Of a stretch of 64,000 bases of DNA, positions 1 through 10,104 are shown piece after piece; positions within the stretch are counted from its first letter, which is position 1, and every line of letters begins with the position of its first letter. Location of the stretch: NCBI GenBank assembly GCA_027008775.1, contig JALVDV010000010.1, positions 32,529-96,528 of the forward strand, in the 5' to 3' direction. The translations under genes and the position numbers were made by a program. This DNA is from Candidatus Moraniibacteriota bacterium. GTDB lineage: Bacteria > Patescibacteriota > Minisyncoccia > Moranbacterales > DUUL01. The notes beneath the pieces are model-generated. The model was not told the origin of the DNA, did not search any database, and worked only from the letters and a program-made list of their open reading frames with translations.

Positions 1-353
1 GTGAGGTAACGAGTGATCATGTTGAATTTTTGTTGCCCAGCTTCTCCTTCCTCCTTGTACATTTGTTCCAGTCTGGGAAAAATCATCATTAAAAGTTGCA
101 TAATGATTGAGGCGGTTATGTAGGGCCCAACCCCAAGCATAACAATAGAAATATTTTTCAAGCCACCACCGGAAAACATATTTAACAAACCAAAAAGCTG
201 ATCGCTGTTAAAAAATTCGGCCACGCGCGAGGTATCAACACCCGGAATGGGAATATTGGCTGCCAGACGATAAACAACCAAGACAAAAAGTACGAAGAGG
301 ATTTTATTGCGTAAGTCCTTATCTTTAAAAATCCTGATTATTTCTTGGAACAT
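1..353 (-). CDS. secY: Preprotein translocase SecY, N-terminal part (runs off the window)
   Basis: Manual translation from ATG at 353: MFQEIIRIFKDKDLRNKILFVLFVLVVYRLAANIPIPGVD...FSGGGL...LGVGPYITASIIMQLL; downstream of rplO. Confidence 0.97.
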   Translation of the reverse strand, partial: MFQEIIRIFKDKDLRNKILFVLFVLVVYRLAANIPIPGVDTSRVAEFFNSDQLFGLLNMFSGGGLKNISIVMLGVGPYITASIIMQLLMMIFPRLEQMYKEEGEAGQQKFNMITRYL

Positions 354-381
354 AATTTTTATTTTAAAAAGTTTATTTAGA

Positions 382-411
382 AAAACCCCATTTGTAACAA
401 AACGGGGTTTT
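382..411 (-). terminator. Probable intrinsic terminator/hairpin between rplO and secY
   Basis: Minus-strand AAAACCCCGTTT-loop-AAATGGGGTTTT stem followed by further T residues. Confidence 0.5.
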
Positions 412-416
412 GCTTT

Positions 417-905
417 TTATTTTTTGCTTTTAGGTTCTTTTTTCCCTTTTTCCTTGACTGTTGCTCCTTCATCGCTTTTTTTCCTCTTTGTTTCAAAATA
501 GTCACTGAGGGAGCGGGAATAGAGAATGTCTTGGACCAGAAATTTTTTATTCAGTTTTTTTTCCGGGGGGGAGCCGGCCAGAATTTTAACAGGTAGTCCA
601 GCATCTTTTATTAAGCCTTTTTCAACCAATTTTGCCGGGGTGACTAAAGCATTGTTGACGAAATGTTTAACGAGGAGGTTAAAAGAAACAACCTGATTTT
701 TGATTTGACGAGATTTAAAGCCACGCGTTTTTTTGGTGGCGGCGATTAAAGTTGTACGTCCTCCTTCCCAGGTAGCCCGACGCGAATAACCGCGACGAGC
801 TTTCTGTCCTTTAATTCCTCGCCCGGAATAGGTTCCCTGCTTACCACCTCGCCCGATACGTTTCTTGTTGCTTGTTTTGATTGATTTTAACTGATGACTT
901 TGCAT
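417..905 (-). CDS. rplO: 50S ribosomal protein L15
   Basis: RIGRGGKQGTYSGRGIKGQKAR, WEGG motif; Lys-rich C-tail. Confidence 0.97.
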   Translation of the reverse strand: MQSHQLKSIKTSNKKRIGRGGKQGTYSGRGIKGQKARRGYSRRATWEGGRTTLIAATKKTRGFKSRQIKNQVVSFNLLVKHFVNNALVTPAKLVEKGLIKDAGLPVKILAGSPPEKKLNKKFLVQDILYSRSLSDYFETKRKKSDEGATVKEKGKKEPKSKK

Positions 906-995
906 AAATGGAAACTTAATTGTTTGCTCTAATTATTTTTCTGACTGGAAGTTCTTTCCAAATTTATTTGAGAACCCTCTTTTTCTTTCACTTTT

Positions 996-1586
996 CTAAA
1001 CCCTTTTTTTGCTATCTTCTTTGCTTTCTTCTTTTTTCTTACCCTCACTTTCCCTTTCATTATTCTGTTTGGTTTCCTCCTTTTCACCACCAACCAACGG
1101 CTCTCCCAATTTCGCTAAAGCTCGCAAGGTGGCTTTGGCAACATTGATTTTATTGGAAGCGCCTCTGCTTTTGGCCACCACATCTTTGATGCCGGCCAAT
1201 TCAATAACTGTACGCATGGCTCCACCGGCCACAATTCCCCGACCTTCTCGGGCCGGTTTCAACATTACTCTGGCGGCGCCATATTTTTCTTCCAGATCAA
1301 AAGCGATGGTCGTATTTGTTCTTTTGACGGTTATTAACGATTTTTTGGCTTCAACGACAGCTTTGCCGATGGCTGTGGAAACATCGGCCCCCTTAGCTAC
1401 TCCAAAACCGACCTTTCCCTTGCGATTACCGATAACAACCGCTGCGCGAAAAGAGAAACGACGTCCGCCCTTAACCACGCGAGTTACACGGGCCAGATCA
1501 ATCATTTTTTGTTCAAATTCTCTCTTTTCCCGACGAGGAAATCTTGTTTTCTTTAATTTTTTCGCTTTTCCCTGAATTTTTTCCAT
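996..1586 (-). CDS. rpsE: 30S ribosomal protein S5
   Basis: RVTRVVKGGRRFSFRAAVVIGN; charged C-terminal tail. Confidence 0.98.
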   Translation of the reverse strand: MEKIQGKAKKLKKTRFPRREKREFEQKMIDLARVTRVVKGGRRFSFRAAVVIGNRKGKVGFGVAKGADVSTAIGKAVVEAKKSLITVKRTNTTIAFDLEEKYGAARVMLKPAREGRGIVAGGAMRTVIELAGIKDVVAKSRGASNKINVAKATLRALAKLGEPLVGGEKEETKQNNERESEGKKKEESKEDSKKRV

Positions 1587-1610
1587 ATTACTTATTTAAA
1601 TTTGACGAAA

Positions 1611-1955
1611 TTAAAATTTTAAACCGGCCTGACGCGCCCCCTCGGCCAAAGCTTTGATTTTGCCGTGATATTTGTAACCGCTACGATCAAAGACAACCTC
1701 GGATATCTTCATTTTTTTAGCCTTTTTCGCCAACATTTTGCCGACTTCCTCGGCTGATTTTTTGTCATATTGTTGACGCTTCAATTTACGAGAATCAACC
1801 GTACATAAAACTTTTCCGGTTTCATCATCAACCAGGCTGGCATAAATCACTCGCAAACTGCGAAATACATTCAAACGCGGTCTTTTTGCTGTTCCCTTCA
1901 CTCTTATTCTTCTCTTGCGGGTCAATCGCATTGAATTTTTACTCTTTTTCATCAT
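1611..1955 (-). CDS. rplR: 50S ribosomal protein L18
   Basis: RPRLNVFRS...VVFDRSGYKYHGKIKALAEGAR. Confidence 0.98.
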   Translation of the reverse strand: MMKKSKNSMRLTRKRRIRVKGTAKRPRLNVFRSLRVIYASLVDDETGKVLCTVDSRKLKRQQYDKKSAEEVGKMLAKKAKKMKISEVVFDRSGYKYHGKIKALAEGARQAGLKF

Positions 1956-1993
1956 CTGTCTATTAAATAAACTTGTTATTCTGATTGTTCAGA

Positions 1994-2548
1994 CTATTCT
2001 GAAGCCACCGCCTTTTTTCCTTCTTTTTTGATAAATTGTTCTCCTTCGTATCTGAATCCCTTGCCCTTGTAGGGTTCAACTTTTCTCAAAGCTCTGATTT
2101 CGGCGGCAAATTGCCCAACCCTTTGTTTATCCACTCCGGAAACGGTTAACTTCTCTTTCTCCACTTCCACCGTCAAGTCTGCCGGGATTTCCAATTCAAT
2201 CGGATGGGAAAAGCCAAGATGAAGGACTAACTTTTTGCCCTGGACAGCCATTTTGTAGCCGACACCATGCAGTTCCAAAACCTTTTTAAAGCCTTCGGTT
2301 ACACCAACAATCATATTTTGAATCAAAGCCCTGACCGTTCCCCAAAGAGAGCGAGAAGTTTTGGAATTATCTTTATTTTTAACAACAATCTTTTTTTGTC
2401 CGTCTTCCTCTTGCAAAGAAACATCAACTCCATAGGCGATGTCCATAGACAACTCTCCCTTGGGGCCTTTGATTGAAATTTTATCCCCATCTAAATCAAC
2501 AGAAACTTCAGCAGGAATCTCTACAGGTTGTTTTCCGATTCTTGACAT
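1994..2548 (-). CDS. rplF: 50S ribosomal protein L6
   Basis: MSRIGKQPV...EPYKGKGFRY. Confidence 0.98.
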   Translation of the reverse strand: MSRIGKQPVEIPAEVSVDLDGDKISIKGPKGELSMDIAYGVDVSLQEEDGQKKIVVKNKDNSKTSRSLWGTVRALIQNMIVGVTEGFKKVLELHGVGYKMAVQGKKLVLHLGFSHPIELEIPADLTVEVEKEKLTVSGVDKQRVGQFAAEIRALRKVEPYKGKGFRYEGEQFIKKEGKKAVASE

Positions 2549-2569
2549 ATATTTCTTCTTAAAATTTTA

Positions 2570-2755
2570 TTACCAACTGGATCTTCTTACTCCCGGAATA
2601 TCTCCTCGACTAGCCAGTTCTCTAAAACAGATTCGGCACAAGCCAAAATCTCTCATATAACCACGCTTACGACCGCAACGCCAGCATCTGTTTACCTGGC
2701 GGGTGGAGAATTTGGGCTTTTTTTGCGCTCTAGCTATAACTGATTTTTTTGCCAT
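2570..2755 (-). CDS. rpsN: 30S ribosomal protein S14, zinc-binding (type Z)
   Basis: 61 aa; RCWRCGR...[11 protein letters not shown]...PGVRRSSW. Confidence 0.97.
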   Translation of the reverse strand: MAKKSVIARAQKKPKFSTRQVNRCWRCGRKRGYMRDFGLCRICFRELASRGDIPGVRRSSW

Positions 2756-2770
2756 TTTTTGAAAAATTAA

Positions 2771-3163
2771 TTACCAAACTTTACAAATTATCTCTCCCCC
2801 CAATCCTTCGCGACGGGCCTGAGCGTCAGTCATTAGCCCCTTGGAGGTGGAGATAACTGCCATTCCATAACCATTCTTCACCACCGGTAGCTCATCTTTG
2901 CCGGCATAAATTCTTTGTCCCTGTCTGCTAACTTTTTCCAACCCTTTGATAACGCCTTGACCATTTATGTATTTTAGCTTTAAGCTTAAATAATTTTTGT
3001 TATTCTCCGAAAAACTGGTAATATCGCCGATATAACCATTTTTATTTAAGATTTTAGCCAAAGCCAATTTAAACTTGGAGGAAGGCATTAAGACCTCCGC
3101 CTTCTTGGCTTGCTGAGCATTTCTGATTCTGGTTAACATGTCCGCTATTTGATCAATATTCAT
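2771..3163 (-). CDS. rpsH: 30S ribosomal protein S8
   Basis: DQIADMLTRIRNA...ISTSKGLMTD...GGEIICKVW. Confidence 0.98.
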   Translation of the reverse strand: MNIDQIADMLTRIRNAQQAKKAEVLMPSSKFKLALAKILNKNGYIGDITSFSENNKNYLSLKLKYINGQGVIKGLEKVSRQGQRIYAGKDELPVVKNGYGMAVISTSKGLMTDAQARREGLGGEIICKVW

Positions 3164-3185
3164 TGTCTCTAAATTTGTATCTTAA

Positions 3186-3731
3186 TTATTTATCCTTTTT
3201 GAGGGGAAATCCCAAAGCTCGCAACAGAGCGATTCCTTCTTGCCGATCATTAGCCTTGGTGGTGATATTTACTTGAAAGCTAAAAATGTTTCTGATGTTA
3301 TCGGTAGATATTTCCGGAAAAATTAAATGTTCTTTGATACCTATACTAAAATTTCCTTTTTCGTCAAAAGCTTTCGGGCTTAAGCCGCGGAAGTCCTTGA
3401 TTCTGGGTAGAGCCGCTCCAATAAGCCTGTAGATAAAGTCCCACATTTTTCCGCCTCGTAAGGTAATTTTCATACCAACTGGTTGACCTTGCCTGGTTTT
3501 AAAGCCGGCAATTGATTTCCTGGCTCTGGTAATGACCGGAACCTGGCCGGCTATTAAAGTTAAATCTTCTTTGATGCCTTGGATAAATTCTTTATCGTCT
3601 TTAGCCTGAGATAAACCAACATTTATTGACACTTTTTTTATGTCGGGACACTCCATAACGTTGCGATAACCGAACTCTTTCATTAGAGCCGGTTTCACCT
3701 TCTGATTAAATTTTTCTTGTAAATCATTCAT
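3186..3731 (-). CDS. rplE: 50S ribosomal protein L5
   Basis: ARKSIAGFKTRQG, LPRIKDFRG, IFPEI. Confidence 0.98.
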   Translation of the reverse strand: MNDLQEKFNQKVKPALMKEFGYRNVMECPDIKKVSINVGLSQAKDDKEFIQGIKEDLTLIAGQVPVITRARKSIAGFKTRQGQPVGMKITLRGGKMWDFIYRLIGAALPRIKDFRGLSPKAFDEKGNFSIGIKEHLIFPEISTDNIRNIFSFQVNITTKANDRQEGIALLRALGFPLKKDK

Positions 3732-3755
3732 CGCTTTGAATATTTTTTTAATTGG

Positions 3756-4094
3756 CTAAAACTCCGCTTGGCATTTTTTACACACTCTAACCACTTGACC
3801 TTTCTTAATTTTTTTAGAACCAACCCTGACCGGTTTTGAACACTTGGGGCAAATTAATTGAACTTTACAAATGGACAAAGGACTGGCAACGGTCATAATT
3901 TCACTCGGTTGTCCGGCTTTATGTGATTTGTAGTGCTTTTTAACCAGGTTGATGTTTTCTACAATCACTTTGCCCTCTCGCGGAAAAACTCTAAGCACTT
4001 TTCCGGTTTTACCCCTGTCTTTACCACTGAGTACTTTTACATTGTCATTTTTCCTCACTTTTACTTTCATTGAATTCTGCTTACCTTTTACCAA
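3756..4094 (-). CDS. rplX: 50S ribosomal protein L24
   Basis: KOW motif DNVKVLSGKDRGKTGKV; C-terminal CPKC..CKKC. Confidence 0.97.
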   Translation of the reverse strand: MVKGKQNSMKVKVRKNDNVKVLSGKDRGKTGKVLRVFPREGKVIVENINLVKKHYKSHKAGQPSEIMTVASPLSICKVQLICPKCSKPVRVGSKKIKKGQVVRVCKKCQAEF

Positions 4095-4463
4095 TTAGTA
4101 AACCTCTTCCGCCAGAGAGACTATCTTATTAAAACCGGCTTCCCTAACTTCCCTGGCGATGGGACCAAAAATTCTGGTACCCTTTGGTTCCTTGTTTTCA
4201 TCAATAATCACAGCGGCATTTTCATCAAAACGAATACAAATTCCGTTTTTTCGTTTCAAAGTTTTTTTCTGGCGGACGATGACAGCTTTGACAACATCTT
4301 TTTTCTTAACAGCTCCCCTCGGTTCGCTTTCTTTTACCGAAGCAACAATAATATCTCCCAGGGAAGCGTAGCGACGACGACTACCACCCAGGATTTTGAA
4401 ACACTCTATCACTTTTGCTCCGGAATTGTCTGCCACTTTTAATTTTGTCTCTGCTTGTATCAT
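4095..4463 (-). CDS. rplN: 50S ribosomal protein L14
   Basis: [10 protein letters not shown]...[13 protein letters not shown]. Confidence 0.98.
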   Translation of the reverse strand: MIQAETKLKVADNSGAKVIECFKILGGSRRRYASLGDIIVASVKESEPRGAVKKKDVVKAVIVRQKKTLKRKNGICIRFDENAAVIIDENKEPKGTRIFGPIAREVREAGFNKIVSLAEEVY

Positions 4464-4467
4464 AACT

Positions 4468-4755
4468 CTACTTGTTAGGCTTGATTAAACCGACCACTTG
4501 CCAACGCTTTTGTTTACTGCGGGGACGACAAGCCTCAATGATGACCAGGTCGCCCTTTTTGTAAGCATTCTTCTCATCATGAGCTTTGTACTTTTTTGAA
4601 CTAATGTATCTTTTGATATAACGAGGGTGTTTTTTTAAGGTATCAACCTTAACCACCACGGTTTTGTCCATTTGATCGCTGACAACCACCCCTCTTTTTC
4701 TGGGTTTTCCAGTTGTTTTGGTAGTATTAATTTGTTCCTTGCTTCCTTTTGTCAT
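4468..4755 (-). CDS. rpsQ: 30S ribosomal protein S17
   Basis: [14 protein letters not shown]...KYKAHDE. Confidence 0.97.
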   Translation of the reverse strand: MTKGSKEQINTTKTTGKPRKRGVVVSDQMDKTVVVKVDTLKKHPRYIKRYISSKKYKAHDEKNAYKKGDLVIIEACRPRSKQKRWQVVGLIKPNK

Positions 4756-4767
4756 TGAATATAGAGC

Positions 4768-4956
4768 TTAATTTTTTACAGCTTTCAATCTGGTTTTAAT
4801 TCTGGCAATATCTTTGCGAATAACAGAAATTTTCTTGTAGTTTCTCTCTTGCCTGTTAGCAACGGCAAATCTGGTTTTAACCAATTCAATCTGTTTGTTC
4901 CGCAACAACTGAATCAATTCTTCCTTGGTCTTGTCTTGTAGTTCTGACGCTTTCAT
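4768..4956 (-). CDS. rpmC: 50S ribosomal protein L29 (start moved to MKASEL at 4956)
   Basis: IRKDIARIKT motif; lies between rplP and rpsQ. Confidence 0.95.
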   Translation of the reverse strand: MKASELQDKTKEELIQLLRNKQIELVKTRFAVANRQERNYKKISVIRKDIARIKTRLKAVKN

Positions 4957-4963
4957 AATATTT

Positions 4964-5374
4964 TTATTCACTCTTAACAAATTTTGTTCTGACACTCAAC
5001 TTGTCTGAGCCTAAACGCAAGGCCCGGCGGGCAACCTCTTCACTCACTCCGGCCATTTCAAAGATTATTCGTCCCGGTTTGATTTTGGCAACAAAATACT
5101 CCGGCGTACCCTTTCCTTTTCCCATTGGCACTTCCGCTCCTTTCTTGGTCATAGAATGGTCAGGAAAAACTCTAATCCAAATTTTACCCCCTCTTTGCAC
5201 AAACCGAGTGATCGCTCGCCGAGCCGCCTCTATCTCACGAGAATTTAAAGCGCCCGGATCAAGCGATTTAAGCCCGAAATTTCCGAAAGACAGCTTGTCT
5301 CCTTTGTGCGCAATTCCCTTAATCTTACCACCTCTCTGTAACTTACGATATTTTACTTTTTTAGGCATTAACAT
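4964..5374 (-). CDS. rplP: 50S ribosomal protein L16
   Basis: [26 protein letters not shown]. Confidence 0.98.
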   Translation of the reverse strand: MLMPKKVKYRKLQRGGKIKGIAHKGDKLSFGNFGLKSLDPGALNSREIEAARRAITRFVQRGGKIWIRVFPDHSMTKKGAEVPMGKGKGTPEYFVAKIKPGRIIFEMAGVSEEVARRALRLGSDKLSVRTKFVKSE

Positions 5375-5395
5375 AGCTTTGCTTTAAATAAAATC

Positions 5396-6061
5396 TTACC
5401 TGGATTGCTTGGATAAATAATCTTCCTCAACTTTTTTATTTAACCAAACCTTTACACCAATGGTACCATAAGTCGTTTCGGCGGTAGATTTGGCAAAATC
5501 AATATCGGCCTTAATGGTTTGCAGAGGAATGTTGCCTTTTGATAACCACTCTACTCTGGCCATTTCCGCACCGCCCAATCGTCCGGATAACTGGATTTTA
5601 ATTCCTTTAACATTCTTGTTCTGCATTACTTTGTCCAACATAGTTTTCATAACACGACGAAAAGCGACTCTTTTTTCCAATTGAAAAGCGGCGTCATCGG
5701 CTAACAGTTGCGCATTTTCGTTAATACTTTTCACCTCCTGAACGTCAATGATGGCCTTGAGTTTTTCATTAAAAAGAAATTTCCTTTCAATATCTTTGCG
5801 CAAATCCTCCAAGCCGGAGCCACCCCGACCGATAATTATTCCCGGCTTATTGGTATTGATAATAATTCTCAACTTGGCGATGCTCCGCTCTATTTTCACG
5901 CTGGCAATGCCGGCGCTTTTGTAGCGCGATTTGATATAATCAGCCAACAAAACGTCCTGCTTGAGAGAATTTTTATAACCTTTTTTCTTGTGATACCAAA
6001 GAGAATTCCACGCTCTGTTTATTCCTAATCTGAATGCTCTTGGATCTATTTTTTGTCCCAT
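5396..6061 (-). CDS. rpsC: 30S ribosomal protein S3
   Basis: MGQKIDP, KPGIIIGRGG, SGRLGGAEMAR, TTYGTIGVKVW. Confidence 0.98.
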   Translation of the reverse strand: MGQKIDPRAFRLGINRAWNSLWYHKKKGYKNSLKQDVLLADYIKSRYKSAGIASVKIERSIAKLRIIINTNKPGIIIGRGGSGLEDLRKDIERKFLFNEKLKAIIDVQEVKSINENAQLLADDAAFQLEKRVAFRRVMKTMLDKVMQNKNVKGIKIQLSGRLGGAEMARVEWLSKGNIPLQTIKADIDFAKSTAETTYGTIGVKVWLNKKVEEDYLSKQSR

Positions 6062-6090
6062 TTCCGGTAAGATTTATTAATTTTTATTCA

Positions 6091-6660
6091 TTATTTTTTA
6101 TTCACCTTTCCAGAACTCACTTCCTCTTTTTCGCCAGTCGGTTTTTTATTGTCTGATGCTTCTTTTTCCGGTTTGGCGATTTTTTTCGCCTTTTTCTCCT
6201 CAGCTTTTTTCATCTCTTTATTTTCTTTCTGATCGTTCCTGTTAGCCCTTTTTTCTCTCCTCTTTACTGTTTCAGTTGTTTGACTTCGGTCCTGATTATT
6301 CTTTTCAGTCGTGCTTTCCATACTATCTTTTTTGTCTTCAATTGTCAATAAAATATGGCAAGTTCTTTTTAAAATTTGCGCCGCTCGCCCATAAGCTCTG
6401 GCTCGCCATCTTTTCAGAGTTTTACCTTCTTGGACCATAATATTACTAAGCAGAAGATTTTCTTTTGAGAGATTAAAATCATTCTCCGCCGTGGCAATTC
6501 CGCTAAGCAAAAGCTTTTTTAAATCGTAAGCAGCCGCCTTGTCAATAAAAGCAAGTTGCTCCAGAGCCTCTTCCACAGCCAAGCCTTTGATGACCGGGAT
6601 TATTTCCCTGACTTTTCTGGCTGATCTTCGGTAATTTTTTAAGCTAACTTGAATTTTCAT
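6091..6660 (-). CDS. rplV: 50S ribosomal protein L22 with long charged C-terminal extension
   Basis: RSARKVR, LKRWRARAYGRA; about 80 extra K/E-rich residues. Confidence 0.96.
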   Translation of the reverse strand: MKIQVSLKNYRRSARKVREIIPVIKGLAVEEALEQLAFIDKAAAYDLKKLLLSGIATAENDFNLSKENLLLSNIMVQEGKTLKRWRARAYGRAAQILKRTCHILLTIEDKKDSMESTTEKNNQDRSQTTETVKRREKRANRNDQKENKEMKKAEEKKAKKIAKPEKEASDNKKPTGEKEEVSSGKVNKK

Positions 6661-6683
6661 AATATCACAGGATTTAGTGTAAC

Positions 6684-7007
6684 TTATTTCTTAGCTGCTT
6701 TAGCCGCTTGAATTTCTCTTTCTTTAGCCGCTTGCTCCAATTCTTTTTGAATTTTTCCACCATGAGAAATAAATTTTCTGGTCGGCGAAAATTCTCCCAA
6801 CTTGTGCCCGACCATATCCTCGATGACAGTAACTTCCACAAAATCCTTTCCGTTGTGCACGGCAAATGTGAAACCAACCATTTCCGGAGAAATAGTGCAA
6901 GCCCTAGACCAAGTTTTAATAACACCGACTTCTTCCGGTTTTTTTCCTTTTACCTTTTTTAAAATTCTGGGGTCAACGTAAGGACCTTTTTTTAAACTTC
7001 TTGTCAT
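6684..7007 (-). CDS. rpsS: 30S ribosomal protein S19
   Basis: [29 protein letters not shown]. Confidence 0.98.
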   Translation of the reverse strand: MTRSLKKGPYVDPRILKKVKGKKPEEVGVIKTWSRACTISPEMVGFTFAVHNGKDFVEVTVIEDMVGHKLGEFSPTRKFISHGGKIQKELEQAAKEREIQAAKAAKK

Positions 7008-7028
7008 AGCGACTTTAAAATCTTTTAA

Positions 7029-7865
7029 TTATTTACGACGTTTCTTGCGACGACTGATTATGTATTTATTGCTGGCTTTTTTCTTCTTCCTGGTTTTAAC
7101 GCCCAAAGCCGGCTTGCCCCAAGGAGTTTTGGGATATTTCAAACCAATCGGTTGTCTGCCCTCACCCCCTCCATGAGGATGATCAACCGGATTCATGGCG
7201 CTACCCCTAACCTTCGGCCTTCGTCCCATGTGTCTTTTCCGACCAGCCTTACCGATACGGTAAATATTGTGTTCATGGTTACTAACTTGGCCAATGGTGG
7301 CATAACAATCTCCCCTAACCAATCTAATTTCAGTAGAAGGCATTTTTAACTGGGCAAAACCGTTATCTATAGCTTGCAGCAAAGCAGAGGAACCGGCGCT
7401 TCTAACCATTTGCGCTCCCTTGCCGGGAATCATTTCCACATTGCAAACAGTTGTTCCCACCGGAATATTTTTCAACATTGTTCGGTTGCCTTCTTTGATG
7501 TCAACTTTTTCTCCACTGATTATTTTATCACCGACTTTCATATTTTCTGTGGCAATGATATATCTTTTTTCTCCATCGGCGTAAGTAACCAAGGCGATCA
7601 GAGCGCTTCTGTTAGGATCTTTCTCAATAGCCATAACTTTGCCAGGAATACCGTTTTTGTCCATCTTGAAATCAACTAAACGATATTTCTTTTTGGCGCC
7701 ACCACCCCGATGCCGAACGGAGATTTTACCCCACGAACGACCAACTTTTTTGTTAAGGGTTTGCAAAAGAGACTTCTCCGGTTTCTTGTCGGTCAGATTA
7801 TCCGGTTTAACCACGGACATATTTCGGCGACCGGCATTATTTTTTTTGTAAACTTTAACTGCCAT
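7029..7865 (-). CDS. rplB: 50S ribosomal protein L2
   Basis: [23 protein letters not shown]. Confidence 0.99.
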   Translation of the reverse strand: MAVKVYKKNNAGRRNMSVVKPDNLTDKKPEKSLLQTLNKKVGRSWGKISVRHRGGGAKKKYRLVDFKMDKNGIPGKVMAIEKDPNRSALIALVTYADGEKRYIIATENMKVGDKIISGEKVDIKEGNRTMLKNIPVGTTVCNVEMIPGKGAQMVRSAGSSALLQAIDNGFAQLKMPSTEIRLVRGDCYATIGQVSNHEHNIYRIGKAGRKRHMGRRPKVRGSAMNPVDHPHGGGEGRQPIGLKYPKTPWGKPALGVKTRKKKKASNKYIISRRKKRRK

Positions 7866-7876
7866 AAAAAATATTG

Positions 7877-8329
7877 TTAACTGAATAATTTAATTTCCTC
7901 GCCTTTTTTCAGAGTCACTATCGCTTTTTTGTAAGCATTGGTTCTGCCTTTTTTCCCTCGGAAAAATTTACTCTTTCCTTTGTAATTCATAATGTTAACT
8001 TTTTCCACGGTAACTTTATACATTGCTTCCACGGCTAGAGCTATCTCTTTTTTACTGGCTTTGCGGTCAACCATAAAGGTGTATTTACCTAATTCCTGAG
8101 CTCGCATGACTGCCTCGGAAATCAGCGGTTTTTGCAAAATTTTGTTAACCAATGAGGCTTTCTCTTCGGGAATCACAACAGATTCTTTCTTTTTCCCGGT
8201 TTTCTTGTCACCGGTTTTTCCCTGAGTTTTTTCCGAAGAAGACAGTACAAGCTTTTTGCCATTTTTTTTATCTTCTTGCTTTGTTTCCTCTTTCTTCTTT
8301 TTTCGCCAAAAAGCTGACATGGTTTTCAT
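7877..8329 (-). CDS. rplW: 50S ribosomal protein L23 with N-terminal extension
   Basis: PLISE...KYTFMVD...YKKAIVTL; about 55 extra K-rich N-terminal residues. Confidence 0.95.
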   Translation of the reverse strand: MKTMSAFWRKKKKEETKQEDKKNGKKLVLSSSEKTQGKTGDKKTGKKKESVVIPEEKASLVNKILQKPLISEAVMRAQELGKYTFMVDRKASKKEIALAVEAMYKVTVEKVNIMNYKGKSKFFRGKKGRTNAYKKAIVTLKKGEEIKLFS

Positions 8330-8332
8330 TTA

Positions 8333-9001
8333 TTACTTATCTTCACCTTTTGAGATTCTTGCCGATTGAGAATATTTAGTTTCCAATTCCTCCAAACTGT
8401 CAACATCGGTGATAATAATTTTGGAATTCAACATATTAAAAACACTGAGATTTTCCAGGTTGCAGTTCTCGCTCTTGGCCAAGTTTCGAGTGGCTAAATT
8501 AAACTTCCTGGCTTTGTTGCCGAAGGCAAATAATTTTTTATCTTTCATTAAATTCAGTTTTTCCAGAGCTTGAGCTATTTTTTTTGTTTTATTGTTGCTC
8601 TCTTTAAAACTTTCCAAGACTACCAACTCTCCGGCAGAAACTTTGGCGGATAAAACCATTTTGGTGGCCAAACGCAACATTTTCTTGTTAATTTTCTGCA
8701 AATAATTTCTCTCCTTCCTTGGACCAAAAACCGTACCGCCGGAACGCCAAATAGGATTTCTAATGGATCCCGTTCTGGCTCGTCCGGTTCCCTTTTGTTT
8801 CCAAGGTTTGCGAGTGGAGCCCCGCACCTCTCCTCTGGTTTTGGTGTGAGCGGTATTTTTTCTTTGGTTGTTGTATTGAGCTTTGTAAACCTGAGCTATC
8901 AAATCATCATTTCTTTCCGCCAAACCAAAAACATCATCAGCCAATTCCAACGTCTTGACTTTTTTACCGTTCAGATTTTTAACTTCTATCTTGACCATCA
9001 A
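8333..9001 (-). CDS. rplD: 50S ribosomal protein L4
   Basis: TKTRGEVRG...KPWKQKGTGRARTGS...GGTVFGPR. Confidence 0.98.
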   Translation of the reverse strand: MMVKIEVKNLNGKKVKTLELADDVFGLAERNDDLIAQVYKAQYNNQRKNTAHTKTRGEVRGSTRKPWKQKGTGRARTGSIRNPIWRSGGTVFGPRKERNYLQKINKKMLRLATKMVLSAKVSAGELVVLESFKESNNKTKKIAQALEKLNLMKDKKLFAFGNKARKFNLATRNLAKSENCNLENLSVFNMLNSKIIITDVDSLEELETKYSQSARISKGEDK

Positions 9002-9011
9002 TTTTCTTTAG

Positions 9012-9578
9012 TTACTTTAAATTTCCGATTATCTTCACCAAACCTTTGTTATTGCCGGGAACAGCACCTCGGAGAGCGATAATTTTTCTGTCTTTATCTA
9101 CAGTCACCACCAATAGGTTTTTAACGGTGACATTCTGACCACCCATTCGTCCGGCCATCTTTTTTCCTTTCATCACTCTTTCCGGAAAAGCGCTACCGAT
9201 GGAACCGGGGGCTCGCAAATCATGCCGATGTCCGTGAGAGGCGGGGGCGCCACCGAAACCGTGTCTTTTAACAACACCTTGATAGCCTTTTCCTTTGGAA
9301 ACAGCTTTAACAATAACTTTGTCTCCTTCTTGAAATTGTTCCAGGGTAACCTTGTCACCAACCTTGAGATCAATTTTTTCAGAAACGGAGAATTCTCGCA
9401 AAACCTCTTTCCCCTTGTCGTCAGTCAACTTTAGTTGTACAGCGGAATATCCGTCTTTCTCTTCGTTTCTAACCAAGTTGACAATATTGTCAGGAACTTC
9501 AACCAAGGTGACGTTTTGCGCCTTTTCTTTATCGTAAATAGTTGTCATTCCAATTTTTCTTCCCAGAATAAATTTCAT
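9012..9578 (-). CDS. rplC: 50S ribosomal protein L3
   Basis: LGRKIGMT, SKGKGYQGVVKRHGF, RAPGSIG. Confidence 0.98.
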   Translation of the reverse strand: MKFILGRKIGMTTIYDKEKAQNVTLVEVPDNIVNLVRNEEKDGYSAVQLKLTDDKGKEVLREFSVSEKIDLKVGDKVTLEQFQEGDKVIVKAVSKGKGYQGVVKRHGFGGAPASHGHRHDLRAPGSIGSAFPERVMKGKKMAGRMGGQNVTVKNLLVVTVDKDRKIIALRGAVPGNNKGLVKIIGNLK

Positions 9579-9584
9579 ATCTCT

Positions 9585-9667
9585 AAAAAAATAAACCCGG
9601 CTATCTTTGGTACCGGGACTAATTAAAAAACAGCTTAAACCGTTTTAAAATTAATCCAGTATCCCAA
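9585..9667 (-). promoter_or_regulatory. Candidate structured leader/attenuator between rpsJ and rplC
   Basis: Long imperfect stem 9607-9667 overlaps an alternative CCCGG..CCGGG hairpin followed by a U-rich tract. Confidence 0.5.
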
Positions 9668-9700
9668 CGGACTTTGATTAATTGTATTATTAAAAATCTT

Positions 9701-10057
9701 CTAAATTTTGATTTCTACCCCCACTCCGGCCGGCAAATCCATATTAGTCAAATTGCCGATGGTCGTTTCTGAAGGTTCTATAATATCCAATAATCTTTTG
9801 TGGGTCCTGATTTCAAATTGATCTCTAGCTCGTTTACTTTTGAAAGTTGAGCGATTGACTGTCATTTTCTTAATCTCTGTCGGAAGAGGAATTGGCCCTT
9901 TGATGGTAGCTCCGCTCTTCTCCGCCGTCTCAATAATTTGTCTGACGGCTTGGTCAATGACTTTGTGATCAAAAGCCTTTATTTTTATCCTCAACTTGGG
10001 TTTTTCTTTGCTTTTGTCAATCACTTTATCAACTTTTGTCTCTTCTTCCTTTTTCAT
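9701..10057 (-). CDS. rpsJ: 30S ribosomal protein S10
   Basis: LRIKIKAFDH, GPIPLPT, QFEIRTHKRL, LPAGVGVEIK. Confidence 0.98.
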   Translation of the reverse strand: MKKEEETKVDKVIDKSKEKPKLRIKIKAFDHKVIDQAVRQIIETAEKSGATIKGPIPLPTEIKKMTVNRSTFKSKRARDQFEIRTHKRLLDIIEPSETTIGNLTNMDLPAGVGVEIKI

Positions 10058-10104
10058 AAGTTACCAAAGATCTATTTATATAATTTTAAACAAATTACCG
10101 TTGT

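Noticed and set aside
1009-1575. Antisense ORFs of 100-190 aa opposite core genes (also 5001-5387, 42513-42962, 44435-45016)
   Set aside because: Shadow ORFs of conserved genes with no motifs or start signals.
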